Assembly: GCA_002269645.1 (NCBI GenBank)
Contig: NIVC01003081.1
Location: 62,001-126,000, forward strand
Length of the DNA stretch: 64,000 nucleotides
Source of the DNA: Macrostomum lignano
Taxonomy: Eukaryota
Direction of reading: 5' to 3'
Of this stretch, positions 23,720 through 37,868 are shown piece after piece; position 1 is the stretch's first letter, and each line of letters starts with the position of its first letter. A program made the position numbers and the translations under genes. Under the pieces are notes generated by a model that was given only the letters and a program-made list of their open reading frames with translations, did no database searches and was not told where the DNA came from.

Positions 23720-24800
23720 ACCTTCTCCCTCACTATCCACCTTGGTTTCTCGCCTCTCTCCCTCCCACTCACTATCTACCTTGGTGTCTCATCTGTCACT
23801 CCCCACTATCTACCTTGGTGTCTCACCTCTCTCCCTCACTATCTACCTTGGTGTCTCACCTGTCTCTCCCTCACTATCTACCTTGGTGTCTCACCTGTCT
23901 CTCCCTCACTATCCACCTTGGTGTCTCACCTCTCTCCCTCACTATCTACCTTGGTGTCTCATCTGTCTCTCCCTCACTATCTACCTTAGTGCCTCACCTC
24001 TCTCCCCCACTATCTACCTTGGTGTCTCAACTCTCTCCCTCACTATCTACCTTGGTGCCTCACCTCTCTCCCTCACTATCTACTTTGGTGTCTCATCTGT
24101 CTCTCCCTCACTATCTACCTTGGTGTCTCACCTCTCTCCCTCACTATCTACCTTGGTGTCTCAACTCTCTTCCTCACTATCTACCTTGGTGCCTCACCTC
24201 TCTCCCCCACTATCTACCTTGGTGTCTCAACTCTCTCCCTCACTATCTACCTTGGTGCCTCACCTCTCTCCCTCACTATCTACTTTGGTGTCTCATCTGT
24301 CTCTCCCTCACTATCTACCTTGGTGTCTCAACTCTCTCCCTCACTATCTACCTTGGTGTCTCACCTCTCTCCCTCACTATCTACCTTGGTGTCTCACCTC
24401 TCTCCCTCACTATCTACCTTGGTGTCTCATCTGTCTCTCCCTCACTATCTACCTTGGTGTCTCAACTCTCTCCCTCACTATCTACCTTGGTGTCTCACCT
24501 CTCTCCCTCACTATCTACCTTGGTGTCTCACCTCTCTCCCTCACTATCTACCTTGGTGTCTCAACTCTCTCCCTCACTATCTACCTTGGTGTCTCAACTC
24601 TCTCCCTCACTATCTACCTTGGTGTCTCACCTCTCTCCCTCACTATCTACCTTGGTGTTTCACCTCTCTCCCTCACTATCTACCTTGGTGTTTCACCTCC
24701 CTCCCTCACTATCTACCTTGGTGTTTCACCTCTCTCCCTCACTATCTACCTTGGTGTTTCACCTCCCTCCCTCACTATCTACCTTGGTGTCTCACCCTTC
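23720..24800. repeat. 33-35 bp minisatellite (CTCACTATCTACCTTGGTGTCTCACCTCTCTCC)
   Basis: About 32 tandem units. Confidence 0.97.
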
Positions 24801-25234
24801 TCCATCTTATCTTAACCATGAGAATCTCAGCGCCTGATTGTCTCGTCTGAGCACTTCATCTGACTCTGCACGCTGTTCTCACACGGTCGAACTTCTTTTG
24901 AGAAGCTTCTGAATTCTCTCAAAGGCAAGCACTAGCTACTCCGCATCTCCTTTGTTTCAGCGGACAGAGAGACTGCTCAGTGGACCGGATTCAGCGGCTA
25001 ATTAAAGACAACCCGAACCGCATCCAAAATCCCTGTGCAAGACTTGCGCAATGGGCACTTGAAACTGCACAAAAATTCTAGATTAAAAATAGCTTCCCAG
25101 TATAACTGTCGCGGAACATAAACTCGTTTATTAAATCTTAAAATCTGTCATAACAATGATGAACACACTCGAGTTCTAAAGCGAAGGCAAGAAATGTGAA
25201 GTGTATGACTCACTGTCACTGATAAAACTGTAGA

Positions 25235-25400
<166 letters not shown>

Positions 25401-25870
25401 AGATACGAGAATATATAAAGATATATAAAATATAATAAAATATAGAATATAGATAGATCGTAGAAGAAATTCCTCATTCATAAATTCCAGTTCCAAATAA
25501 CCATGCATGTCCCTGGCGGCGAGTTTCCACAAAGCTGCCAGTCAGCCACTGATTCTTCATTACCTTGATATCCCATTATCGAGGCTCTAAGCAAAAAAGG
25601 CAGCCATATGGGATTTGGCGCCCAGCCAAACACAGCACGGTCGGATCAACAATATTATTATTAGCTGTGTAAATCAAATCAAGATTACTGGATAGTTATT
25701 ACGTCTGGTCTACTCGTATCTACTCACAGACACAAACATAAATAACAAAGCCATGCGGGCTGGAGGACACTTTTTCAAAGTCTCAGAGTCACTGGTTGCT
25801 ACCCACGGACTGCCGTGGGATTGCATCACCTATGAGCTGCTGCTGTGGCGGCAGAATGAATTATCAGTGA

Positions 25871-26340
<470 letters not shown>

Positions 26341-26984
26341 ATAAACAGACTTCAAGCCAGTCAACAAAGGCCAGCAGGCTGAAGGAAGATCCCGCATAAA
26401 AGAATTGCGCAAGCCGGCCGCACCAGTTCGAACAGGGGCAACTGAGAATCAAAAAGAAAGCCAAGCCGCTGAAGAAGCCTAAGCAACCACAACCAGTTGG
26501 AGCCCTTAGCGCCCCCTGACCCTACATTTCCCATCTGCAGATTGCGTCAGCCAGGCAGTCAGGGCACACACAGTAGACAGCATGATGCAAGCCCCTAGCA
26601 TAATTTGAAAATCCAAGGCCAGATGTCCCAACCAGCATCTCGTATATAGCGTGAATTCAAATTTATTGTCCATAGTCTGAGACCCAATACAAAGTACGCA
26701 ATATAAAAATGATGCCGCTTCCAGTGAACTGCGTCGATCTGAGCTGACAGACACAGAGACTATTCTTGTTGCGTCACGACCACGCACGGCAGAGCAGACA
26801 TGCTCGCAGAAATGTGACTGGGCCAAAGCCAGACCCCATCACTTGTCACGATCAATCAACAACAGAATTTTAACGATATTCGACACTGAGGCTGCTGTGT
26901 CAATTCATATCGAATTTCCTGTGCTCCGTGCGGTTATACACTGCTTTCGGTAAACTCCTATTGAGAATTTTAAATCGGGATTCT

Positions 26985-27980
26985 CGGGATTGGGATCAGT
27001 GCTTTGGGGATTGGGATCAGGATTCTGGGGATTAGGATTAGCGTTTTGGAGATTGGGATCAGGATTTTGGGGATTAGGATCAGAGTTTTGGGGATTGGGA
27101 TCAGGATTCTGGGGATTAGGATTAGCGTTTTGGAGATTTGGATCAGGATTTTGGGGATTAGGATCAGAGTTTTGGGGATTGGGATCAGGATTCTGGGGAT
27201 TAGGATCAGCGTTTTGGAGATTGGGATCAGGATTCTGGGGATTAGGATCAGAGTTTTGGGGATTGGGATCAGGATTCTGGGGATTAGTATCAGAGTTTTG
27301 GGGATTGGGATCAGGATTCTGGGGATTAGTATCAGAGTTTTGGGGGTTGGGATCAGAGTTTTGGGGGTTGGATCAGAGTTTTGGGGATTGGGATCAGGAT
27401 TCTGGGGATTAGTATCAGAGTTTTGGGGATTGGGATCAGAGTTTTGGGGGTTGGGATCAGAGTTTTGGGGGTTGGGATCAGAGTTTTGGGGGTTGGATCA
27501 GAGTTTTAGGGATTGGGATCAGGATTCTGGGGATTAGTATCAGAGTTTTGGGGATTGGGATCAGAGTTTTGGGGGTTGGGATCAGAGTTTTAGGGATTGG
27601 GATCAGGATTCTGGAGATTGGGATTAGATTTTTGGGGATTGGGATTAGGATTCTGGAGATTGGGATCAGATTTTTGGGGATTAGGATTAGGATCAGAGTT
27701 TTGGGGATTGGGATCAGAGTTTTAGGGATTGGGATCAGATTTTTGGGGATTGGGATTGGGATCAGAGATTTAGGGATTGGGATCAGATTTTTGGGGATTG
27801 GGATCCTGGGGATTGGGATCCTGGGGATTGGGATCCTGGGGACTGGAATCGGGATTCTGTGGATTGGGATTGGGATCCTGAGGACTGGAATCGGGATTCT
27901 GTGGATTGGGATTGGGATCCTGAGGACTGGAATCGGGATTCTGTGGATTGGGATTGGGATCCTGGGGATTGGGAACGGGA
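26985..27980. repeat. 21-bp G-rich minisatellite (GGATTGGGATCAGAGTTTTGG and variants)
   Basis: About 45 degenerate units. Confidence 0.95.
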
Positions 27981-28699
27981 TTATTAAGAAGTTTGTTAGC
28001 CAATTAAAACTCATTAAAATGAAATGCTTCACACACAGGTATCAGTTACAGTCATCAACGAGTTTATAATATCCAATACACTGTATTCAATAATATATTA
28101 TACTTAAATAAACAAACCATATGATTATGATTACAAAGTCAACAGAAACAACGAAGTGTTTGTATTGTACAAGTTGTACAAGACACAAGCGGAGTGAATC
28201 AGCAATGGAGGACACAAAACGCGGGTAAGAAATCGCTGATAAAATTTAAAACCCAGCCGGCATAGTCCAGTATGGCAATCGTCCTCAGTGAAGCGGACAG
28301 GCCAGCCAATTTATACAGCAACGCTTGAAGCTTGAATTCTGATGCAAAAATAACGTTAAAAACCCTTACTTACCTACTGACAAGTTGTCTACTTAGTAGA
28401 CTATTAAGCATATGCCAACTATATAATTAGTGGGTAGATATTAATATTTGGATTAAATTATAAACAAAACAAGCACGTCACAGCGAGATGTGTAACAGAG
28501 GTTGATAATAAAAATAAAAGGAAGATTACTACTTCCTTTCTATATCTTATCTACTTATTATGTAGATAAGATATAAAGTACATTGTACTTTTTAGACAGA
28601 TAAGCTTGTTCGTAAATTTTACAATATTTACTACAATTCTGATTGAATATCCTTATTTTTGATTTGAAGGTTTGAAATTGATTTGAAATTTTACACATT

Positions 28700-28915
28700 A
28701 GAAATGGGATTCAGAGAATGGGGATCTTATACACATTTGAAATGGGATTCAGAGACTGGGGATCTTATACACATTTGAAATGGGATTCAGAGACTGGGGA
28801 TCTTATACACATTTGAAATGGGATTCAGAGACTGGGGATCTTATACACATTTGAAATGGGATTCAGAGACTGGGGATCTTATGCACATTTGAAATGGGAT
28901 TCAGAGAATGGGGAT
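28700..28915. repeat. 38-bp tandem repeat (ACACATTTGAAATGGGATTCAGAGACTGGGGATCTTAT) just 3' of the METTL3 stop
   Basis: About 5.5 near-identical units. Confidence 0.95.
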
Positions 28916-28928
28916 TTTCAATTTGCTC

Positions 28929-31900
28929 CTACCCAGCAGGTTTTGTCACCACCCCGTCGGGATACTTGGCTCTGAACTTGGCCACCACATCCGGGTCGAT
29001 CAGTTTAACGCCGTCCAACTGATTACCAAGGGTGATCCAGTTCGGCTGAACATTATGAGGCCGACCAAACAGCTCCAGCTTCCTCGTGCCGGGCGACAGT
29101 CGCTCAATGATGCCGTAGATTTCGTCCGGTTTGTGCGAAGTGGCGCGGACTTCGCTAACGATGACGTCACAGTCCAGGCCGAGGTTGACATTCTTTGGAC
29201 TGCCTTTGACTCCGATGATGCAGTGCTCCTTGCCGTGGTTGAGCCAGTGACCTGTGCGACCGGTGCGGATTATCCTCTGCAGCTGATTGGTCTTCACCTG
29301 GCAACGGGGTGGGTGGGGGCGAAACAAATCGCTTTTTTGGAGCTGCAATTGCAATTCACCTCATAAAATCTGTGGGGATTCTGAGATACGCTCGTACTAC
29401 TACTACTATCATACTATTACTACTACTCTACTACTACTACTTCTACTACTACTACTAATCTACTACTACTATACTACTACTACTGCTACTACTACTATAC
29501 TATTATAACTACTACTCTACTACTTCTACTACTAATACTACTACTACTCTACTACTACTAATACTACTACTACTAATACTACTACTACTAATACTACTAC
29601 TACTCTACTACTACTAATACTACTACTTCTACTCTACTACTACTCTACCACTACTACTACTACTATTCTACTACTACTGCTCTACTACTACTCTACTACT
29701 ACTGCTACTAAAATAACTATAACTGCTACTACCACTACTACTACTCTTCAATTGCCACTACTACTACTACTATTACTACTATTACTACTACACCTACTAG
29801 TAAACCTCATACCACTACTATTCATACTACTGTTACTTCTACTACTACATTACTACTACTACCACTACTATTAATACTACTACTACCATCAATAATACTA
29901 CTACTATTTTTATAACTCCAAAACAGAGAACAAGCAAGCAAAGCTCTCACCCAGATAAGCTCCCCGATAATCTTGTAACCCCACAGTCGCAAGCAGTCAC
30001 GGCCGGTCTCAATCGCTCGCCCGGTCACCCACAGGAAAATATAGCCGGAGTCTTGCAGACAGGGAATGTCCAAGGATTTCATCTCGTGGTCGGACATGGT
30101 GCCGTAGGGCAGCTCCATGTGGATGTCCCAGGGCGGGTCGCCCATGATGACGGCGAATTTGCCAAGAACGGTCATGTCAAGATGCCGGATGTCGCACTGG
30201 ATCCACTGCGGCGGGTACAGGGTGATCTCGTCCTGGTAGTGGGGCTTCTGGGGCACTGGAATTCGGTTTGGCTTGCATCTTTGTAGCTTAACTGTGCTTA
30301 TAACCCAAATTATGACTTAAATTAGATTACTATGAACTAAATAAAATAACTATGACCCATATTAAATAACTATGACCTATATTAAATGACTATGACCCAG
30401 AGTAAATGACTATGACCCAGATTAAATGACTATGACCCAACCTACATGATTGACCTAAATTTAATGACTAAGACTATAATTAAGTGACTATGACCCATAT
30501 TTTAAGATTATCTACATGTACAAACCATTTATAAAATTTAAGACCTATTTTTGATATTCGATACTATGACTGTGACCCGTTTACTAAGAATAAGTCTCAA
30601 TTAGATGTGACTTTTCACCTATATTAGATATAATTAGTGACCTAATCATTATACTATGACACATTGTAATACACACCAGCAATGGCTTTAGAATCCCTAG
30701 CCTTTGGTTTGGCGGCCTCAGCCGCGGCAGCCTTCGCCTCTCTCAGATCGTCGGCATCGATCTCGTAGTGCACGTACTTGCACGTGTCGATGTGAAAGCA
30801 GGTGTTCAGAAACGAACAATCGCCCAATGATGTGTCCGTGTGGCTTTGAACTATACGGCGAAAGTGCAAATCAGAGCAGCGCTGGGGAGGCTGGCCGGTG
30901 CGACCGTGCCTGCAAAGTTGAAGTGAAAATATTGGGGAGATGCTCAGGGTGGTTTTAGGGTAGATTCTCAGGCTGGTTTAGGGGAGATTTACAGGGTGGT
31001 TTAGGGAGATCCTTAGGGTGCTTTAGTGTAGATCCTCAGGGTGGTTTATGGTAGATTCTTGAAGTGGTTTAGGGTAGATACTGAGGCTGGTTTAGGGTTG
31101 ATTCTCAGGGTGGTTTAGGGTAGATTCTTGGGTTGGTCTAGGGTAGATCCTCAGGGTGGTTTATGGTAGATTCTTGAAGTGGTTTAGGGTAGATACTGAG
31201 GCTGGTTTAGGGTTGATTCTCAGGGTGGTTTAGGGTAGATTCTTGGGTTGGTCTAGGGTAGATCCTCAGGGTGGTTTATGGTAGATTCTTGAAGTGGTTT
31301 AGGGTAGATACTGAGGCTGGTTTAGGGTTGATTCTCAGGGTGGTTTAGGGTAGATTCTCAGGCTGGTTTAGGGTAGATTCTTGGGTTGGTTTAGGGTAGA
31401 TCCTCAGGGTGGTTTAGGGTTGATTCTCAGGCTGGTTTAGGGTTGATTTTCAGGGTTGTTTAGGGTTGATTCTCAGGCTGGTTTAGGGTAGATTCTCAGG
31501 CTGGTTTAGGGTAGATCCTCAGGGTGGTTTAGGGTAGATTCTCAGGCTGGTTTAGGGTAGATTCTCAGGCTGGTTTAGGGTAGATTCTCAGGGTGGTTTA
31601 GGGGAGATCCTCAGGCTGGTTTAGAGTAGATCCTCAGGCTGGTTTAGAGTAGATCCTCAGGGTGGTTTAGGGTAGATTCTTGGGTTGGTTTAGGGCAGAT
31701 TCGTGGGGTGATTTTGGGGAGCTTGATGCACAATTTTTAACAAGTCGCGCAGAACAGCAATCAGCAACAAAGAGCAGCAACAAAGACCCACCTAGCCGCG
31801 GCAGTAGCTTCGCATTGCTCCCTAGTTTCGAAGTCGCAGAACTTTCTAACTAGCGCCCCATTCCTAGATTTGAACTTTTCGATTCGCTGCAGCTCCATAA

Positions 31901-34016
31901 AAGTTCTCCTGTGCAACAGTTCGGCAATCTCCGCGTTCGCCCGGGTAGCCTGGCGCTCTTTCAAAGTTTGCAAACTGAGCAAACTCTCCAGATTGCCGGC
32001 GTTTAAAACCTGCTGATAAGTGGACTCTTCCAGATGGTTGGCGTCAGTTTTCACCGCGGCTAAACAGGCGGTGAGGCGGTTGTGACGGCAGTCGGAGACC
32101 ATCCACTGGCTGAGCAGGGGCGCAGTCTTGTCTGAGTCGTTTCTGAAAGCGGAGAGTTGGGGAGATCTATGTGGCAGATTGGGGAGATCTGTGGCAGATT
32201 GGGGAGATCTGTGTGGCAGATTGGGGAGATTTGTGGCAGATTGGGGAGATCTATGTGGCAGATTGGGGAGATCTGTGTGGCAGATTGGGGAGATCTGTGT
32301 GGCAGATTGGGGAGATCTATGTGGCAGATTGGGGAGATCTGTGTGGCAGATTGGGGAGATCTGTGTGGCAGATTGGGGAGATCTGTGTGGCAGATTGGGG
32401 TGATCTGTGGCAGATTGGGGAGATCTATGTGGCAGATTGGGGAGATCTATGTGGCAGATTGGGGTGATCTGTGGCAGATTGGGGAGATCTATCTGGCAGA
32501 TTGGGGAGATCTATGTGGCAGATTGGGGATATCTATGTGGCAGATTGGGGATATCTGTGGCAGATTAGGGTGATCTGTGGCAGATTGGGGTGATCTATGG
32601 CAGATTGGGGTGATCTGTGGCAGATTGGGGAGATCTGTGGCAGATTAGGGGGATCTATGTGGCAGATTGGGGTGATCTGTGGCAGATTGGAGAGATCTGT
32701 GGCAGATTGGAGATCTATGTGGCAGACTGGGGAGATCTGTGGAAGATTGGGGGGATCTATGTGGCAGATTGGGGTGATCTGTGGCAGATTGGAGAGATCT
32801 GTGGCAGATTGGAGAGATCTGTGGCAGATTGGAGATCTATGTGGCAGACTGGGGAGATCTGTGGCAGATTTATTAAAAGTGCAAACTGAACCCTTGAAGA
32901 AACAACCGTACCTGACAACAACGATAACGCCCTGAGCTGCCTGCTTTTCCAGCAGGTCAACCAGAGCTTCTGGTGTCGGTGCCTGAGCGTCAGGAAACTT
33001 GACGGCCAGCATGTCGAAAATGACGGCAAAACTGACTGGCAGGTCCACCGTGACGCCGAGGTCTTCTAGCACTTCGAGGAGGCGCTGTTCGAGCTGCTGC
33101 ACATGCAGATCATCACCGTCAACTAGAGGCGACGCCGCAACATCCGGGGCTTTGGCGGCCGCCTCATCTGGTGTCACCTCCTGATTCGAACAAAATAATT
33201 TGAGAATCTGAGAAGCCTGATACCGACACTAATAAACTTGATACGGATTCTAAGAAACCTGAAACCGATTCAAAGAAACCTGATACAAATTCTAAGAAAC
33301 ATGATACAGATTCTAAGAAACCTGATACGGATTCTAAGAAACCTGATACGGATTCTAAGAAACCTGATACGGATTCTAAGAAACCTGATACGGTTTCTAG
33401 GAAACCAGACGCCGATTTAAATAAATTAGATACTGATTCTAGGAAACTTAATACCGAATCGAAGAAACCTAATACTCATTCTAAGAAACTTGATCGTAAT
33501 TCTTCTAAGCCACTTGATCCTAATTATTTGATACAATGTTAACGCTTCGTAGATTCCACGAAACGAGGCTATAATTTTGAAGAAATAAGCACGATACTTC
33601 TGCAATTTAAAGAAACCAAACTACGATTCTAAGAAACTACCCTTGCAACCAATGATGAATCTAGGAAAAAGGATCCGAACATCCTATTCTAAGAAACCAG
33701 ATATTACAAACCCCGAACCAAAAAGTTGGTTCTCAAAGCATAAAGTCTCACTGACCACTTTGAGCTCTTCTTTACACTCGAGCAGTTCCAATTCATCGGC
33801 CTTCTTTTCCTCAGCTACAGGAGCCCCGCCATCATCTCCCCCTTCGTTAGGGGCTTCGCACTCCTCGCTGTCAGAAACATTTCTCGGCATCTTGCTGGCC
33901 ACCATAGCCTGGGCAATGATTGCCTGACTGTCCAGCTTGCGCTTCTCGCGACGCTCGCGCAGCGACACATTTTTGCTGCGAGCCTGCTGAATTTCCTTCC
34001 ACAGGTCGCTAGACAT
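28929..34016 (-). CDS. METTL3: N6-adenosine methyltransferase catalytic subunit METTL3 (MT-A70/IME4), ~595 aa. Exons 34016-33756, 33180-32912, 32142-31792 (alternative acceptor 32109), 30909-30677, 30255-29951, 29297-28929
   Basis: N-terminus [23 protein letters not shown]; CCCH fingers [10 protein letters not shown]...[10 protein letters not shown] and [19 protein letters not shown]; catalytic DPPW in [24 protein letters not shown]; [26 protein letters not shown]; [39 protein letters not shown]. Exon lengths sum to 1788 nt with consistent phases. Confidence 0.97.
29392..29905. repeat. (TAC)n trinucleotide array in METTL3 intron 5
   Basis: Degenerate TAC/CTA array. Confidence 0.96.
30340..30660. 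repeat. Degenerate ~20-bp repeat (TATGACCCAGATTAAATGAC) in METTL3 intron 4
   Basis: About 8-10 recognisable units. Confidence 0.75.
30945..31695. repeat. 23-bp minisatellite (GGTTTAGGGTAGATTCTCAGGCT) in METTL3 intron 3
   Basis: About 32 units. Confidence 0.96.
32155..32870. repeat. 20-22 bp minisatellite (GGCAGATTGGGGAGATCTATGT) in METTL3 intron 2
   Basis: About 33 units. Confidence 0.96.
33235..33700. repeat. 21-bp minisatellite (GATACGGATTCTAAGAAACCT) in METTL3 intron 1, decaying toward 33700
   Basis: Near-perfect units at 33235-33410, degenerate afterwards. Confidence 0.85.
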
Positions 34017-34284
34017 TCTTGTTTAATGTCCCTCTGATTGTGCCAAAGCTATGGCAGGTTTTAACTATATGTTTGAATACAAACTTGTCGTTGAATTTTC
34101 TGGCATAAATGTCAATTGGAGCCTTGTAGTATATATAGATCGATATTCAAGTAGATATCTTGATAGCAGGGCAGGGCTTGGCAAACTCCAGCCGAGAAGC
34201 CACATGCCGCCCATGAAGCCTCTCAATCTGGCCCTCATGTCCTTTGAAACTTCGCAATAGCAATCCGGCCCGCTCAAGTTTTGT

Positions 34285-34425
34285 GTCTCTTCTCATGCAG
34301 TTCTTTCTCTTTCTCTCGCCTCTTCTCTCTCCCTTCTCTCCGTCTCCGTCTCTCCTCTTTTATCTCTTCTCTCTCCCTCCATATCTTCTTTTCTCGTTTC
34401 TCCTCTCCTCCTCTTTCACAGTCTC

Positions 34426-34484
<59 letters not shown>
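34285..34484. repeat. CT-rich tract ending in (CT)n upstream of the METTL3 ATG
   Basis: Polypyrimidine/(CT)n run. Confidence 0.9.
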
Positions 34485-34485
<1 letters not shown>

Positions 34486-36460
34486 ACATATTTTATTACT
34501 TGTACATTTTTGAGTTTCAACAAATAAAAGTCGAATACATGTGAGCTTGTAATTTTAATAAATTATTAATTATTATAAATTATTAATAAGTAATTTTGAC
34601 TATTGCCTTTTAGTAAGCCTGTTACCATTTGACTGTTGTCATTTTGACTATTGCCTTTTTAGGCACATAGCCAGAAATTTTCTTTGGAAGGGAATAGGAT
34701 GCCCTTAAGGAGAAGGCTATGGAAAGAGGATTATATCCCCTAATCCTTCCTTTTTCTATGGCAATTTTTGATTCATACATGCATAACCCCCTGATTTACA
34801 CTGGCTATGCAACTTACACTTTAACCAAAATATACTAAAAAATTTAACCAAAACTGCAAATTACCTAAGAAAGAAACCTTAATGCAGTTTTGGGTAAATG
34901 GCAGGAGTAACTATGACTGTCTTATTAAGGCTAAATGCCTAGTCATCTAATTAGTACTATATCTATATTCTTTTAGGTGGGCATTTTTGCAACTTACCTT
35001 AGTCTACCACAATTTTTATAGTGTCTAGATTGGCTAGTTACACATATGTTTTGATCTGTTGTTTTTTTTACCTATAGACATAGTCATTAAGAAGTATGAT
35101 TTTAAAGTTTGAAATAGGCACTAATAATAGCCTTTCCTTGCTAAGTATTACCAAGATTGCAAATGGTTGCCAATTGTTTAGTCAAGCCATAGAGCTGCAA
35201 GCTGCAAGGCTAGCAAAGAAAATGGTTTATTGATGGTTGGGCTTGGAACTAAATGTATTATAGTTGATTGTTAGTATAAAAAGGGCCTTTTTTGAAGGGA
35301 ACCATATTGAATTGCTATGCCTTAAGATTTTGTTATACTCTAGCATTATAATTTTTTTATCATTCTAATAGTTTTAGTTTTTTGCTAGTTTTTTTTTGGA
35401 TTTTCTAAGTTGAAAGAACATGGTGAACTATGGACACTATTATCACACTATCTAGCTTTGTTTTTAGTGAATCAGAAATTTGTTTTTAGATAGCCACTAG
35501 CTAAATGTTTAATTTTTAGTATAAATTTGAGTTTAAAGAATTTAATCATACTTATGCCAACAAATTATAGCTAAAAAGGAGTCTAATACTGGGTTTTTTG
35601 TCCATAACTTGGATGCAATTTTGCACCCTGTGCTAGATTTCAGGGTGTGATTTTCAAGACCAGGATGTGCTGCACTGCTGCCAGTGTTGCTACAGGCATT
35701 TGAAAAAAAATAGACGCAGCCGATAAAAAAAACGCAGGCAGTACTAAAAATTATAATGAAGCTCAGAACTACTCTATTGTACATTCATGCCTCTGCCCTG
35801 CCTACGTGGGTGTGCTCTGTGTTTTTGCATATGTACACGGCACCGTGTAAAGCAACAATTTTCTTAACAAATCCGAAGCCTGCTGTCCTTAATTTTTAGA
35901 TGCAAACTGCTAAGTACATTACATGTTAGATGCCAGTCAGTAGCTAATACAAGTATTAAGAAGCTGTTCTCGAGTTGCACAACTGCAGGCTGTACCCTTG
36001 TCTGTTGAGCAAATAATGATGAACGACATCAAGGAGTTCGAGGAACAAATTTACATTGCACTATTAGTAGAATACAGAGAAATGATCTAGGCCCTGAAAC
36101 ATCCTAGCACTGTGCCCTGGACATACAACTATACTGTATAAATGCACACAAGTGACTAGCAGCCCTAGGATGATTAACAACAAGATACATTAGCAACGAA
36201 ACATGTTCTTATATCTAATGCATTTAAATAGAAAATCACGACGATGCTGAGCAATACGATAGTAAAAAGGCTGAGAGTACATCAGTACATTTTATTCCAA
36301 AATCAACACGGCTACCAGCCAACCAGCAGATGTCATAAATGGTCACATGCAAAAATTTATGTTTTTCCTCTTTAATCAGCAGCAACCAGCGAGTGCACAA
36401 AAATTGGCCGATGGATATTGGCTAACAGACAAACTAGGATACGCAACTTATCCTGCACTT

Positions 36461-36957
36461 CTTGGGTTGTCCAGAAAGTTCTGTCCGATTTTTTCACATG
36501 GTCTAACTTCCTTATACTAAAACTTTCTTATCTATTATCCATTGTTGTTCATATTTGCCTATTAGCAATACATGTTACTCACCTTTCTACCACCACCTGC
36601 ATCTAACTGAAAGTTGCTTTTTTTCAGCAAAGAATGGCACATGATAAAGAGCACCTTTTGCACTGCTTGCTCTATCTATCTATTCCGCGCCATTGACCGG
36701 CATCTGCAAGGCAAGAGCTTCAACAACGAACTGGCCCTCATCTCGGAGATCGGCAACTTTTTCGACTCTCGGCCAGAGCAGTTCTACAGGGACGGCGTTG
36801 GTTCCCTGCCACACCACACCGCTGGCGACAGGTGGTGGACCGTGGACACCAATGTCGCATACATTACCGACTGAAACCAGGTTATTCATGAAAAATAGTC
36901 GAACGAACATTTGTATAAAAAAATGGACAGAACTTTCTAGACATTGGACAACCTATA
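36461..36957 (+). mobile_element. Internally deleted mariner-type element with a transposase C-terminal remnant, nested in the hAT element
   Basis: TIRs GGTTGTCCAGAAAGTTCTGTCCGATTTTT / AAAAAATGGACAGAACTTTCTAGACATTGGACAACC. Remnant YLFRAIDRHLQGKSFNNELALISEIGNFFDSRPEQFYRDGVGSLP...AYITD* resembles the mariner transposase C-terminus. Confidence 0.85.
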
Positions 36958-37514
36958 CATATAAGAGCGACAGTGAGTACATATACATGCAATATGTGTA
37001 TCTCGATTGATGGCCCATGCAAACATACATGGAAACAGCACGACAACAACAATGCAACAACTTGAAGAATAAATGTAAAAATTCATGTCATCTGTTACTC
37101 TTTCAGTTCTCACTGTCTCTACCCTCTCAGTCACTCAAAGAGCAAGATTGCGAGCATAGCTGTTCGTAATAAAATGCATGTAAAATAAAACTGATGCCTA
37201 GATCATACCTGGATGCATCTTTGTTGCAAACCCTGTATCCCCATATGCAGTGTTTGGCAAAGTTCATTTTTGGAAAAGTTCAATTCATTTTAAAAATGAT
37301 ATTGAAAGAATAGCAGAATGAGATCATTTTTAACTGTTTGGCAGTAGAATGAGGTAAATAAATGGTTGTTACTCGAGCATGACTGACCAAGTAGGAAATG
37401 CCCTTGCATAAAGTTCAAAAGTTCGTTGTACGAAAGTTCCTTTTTCGTGAACTTGCTTAACACTGCCTATCTATTTATGTCTATGTAAGCCCAAAAATCA
37501 TTGTTACCAAAAGT

Positions 37515-37868
37515 TACCGGCGTCACTTTTTGAAATAACTGGCGATGGTAGACTTGGTCGCCTTCTCCTCCAACTTTCTCTTTTTCTCTTTGAGGCCCTC
37601 AGTCTCCTTCTCCAGTGTCTTGCGCTCAATTGCTAGGGTAGCTACCTGTCGCTGATATTTGTCAAGCATTGCGGCAGCTCTGTCTGCTTGCGCATCTACC
37701 TCCAGTCTCCTCTTCCGTATGCTCTCCTCCTATGCCTGCAACTGTGCAGAGTGTGTTGCCTTCTTAATTTCCTGTGCAATTTCTACTGCCAACTCTCTCT
37801 CCTTTGCCAACTTCTTCTGCTTCTCCTCATTCTCTTCCCGCTGCCGCTCCAGGTGCTGCTTCCAGCTG
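37515..37868 (-). pseudogene. Decayed coiled-coil coding segment inside the hAT element (possible transposase C-terminus or captured exon)
   Basis: Frame SWKQHLERQREENEEKQKKLAKERE...QLQA*EESIRKRR...KRKLEEKATKSTIASYFKKVTP with one TAG at 37730-37732. Confidence 0.6.

Noticed and set aside
23720-24800. 33-38 bp tandem arrays (also 4465-4800, 28700-28915, 51428-51650) as possible CRISPR arrays
   Set aside because: Units are head-to-tail with no unique spacers, there are no cas genes, and the context is eukaryotic and spliced.
30135-30155. GDPPW instead of the usual ADPPW in METTL3 as a sign of inactivation (approx. 30125-30155)
   Set aside because: The catalytic DPPW and all flanking motifs are intact, and Ala to Gly is a conservative change.
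34662-34812. Possible small MITE with CATAGCCAG / CTGGCTATG ends
   Set aside because: The inverted match is only about 9 bp with no clear TSD.
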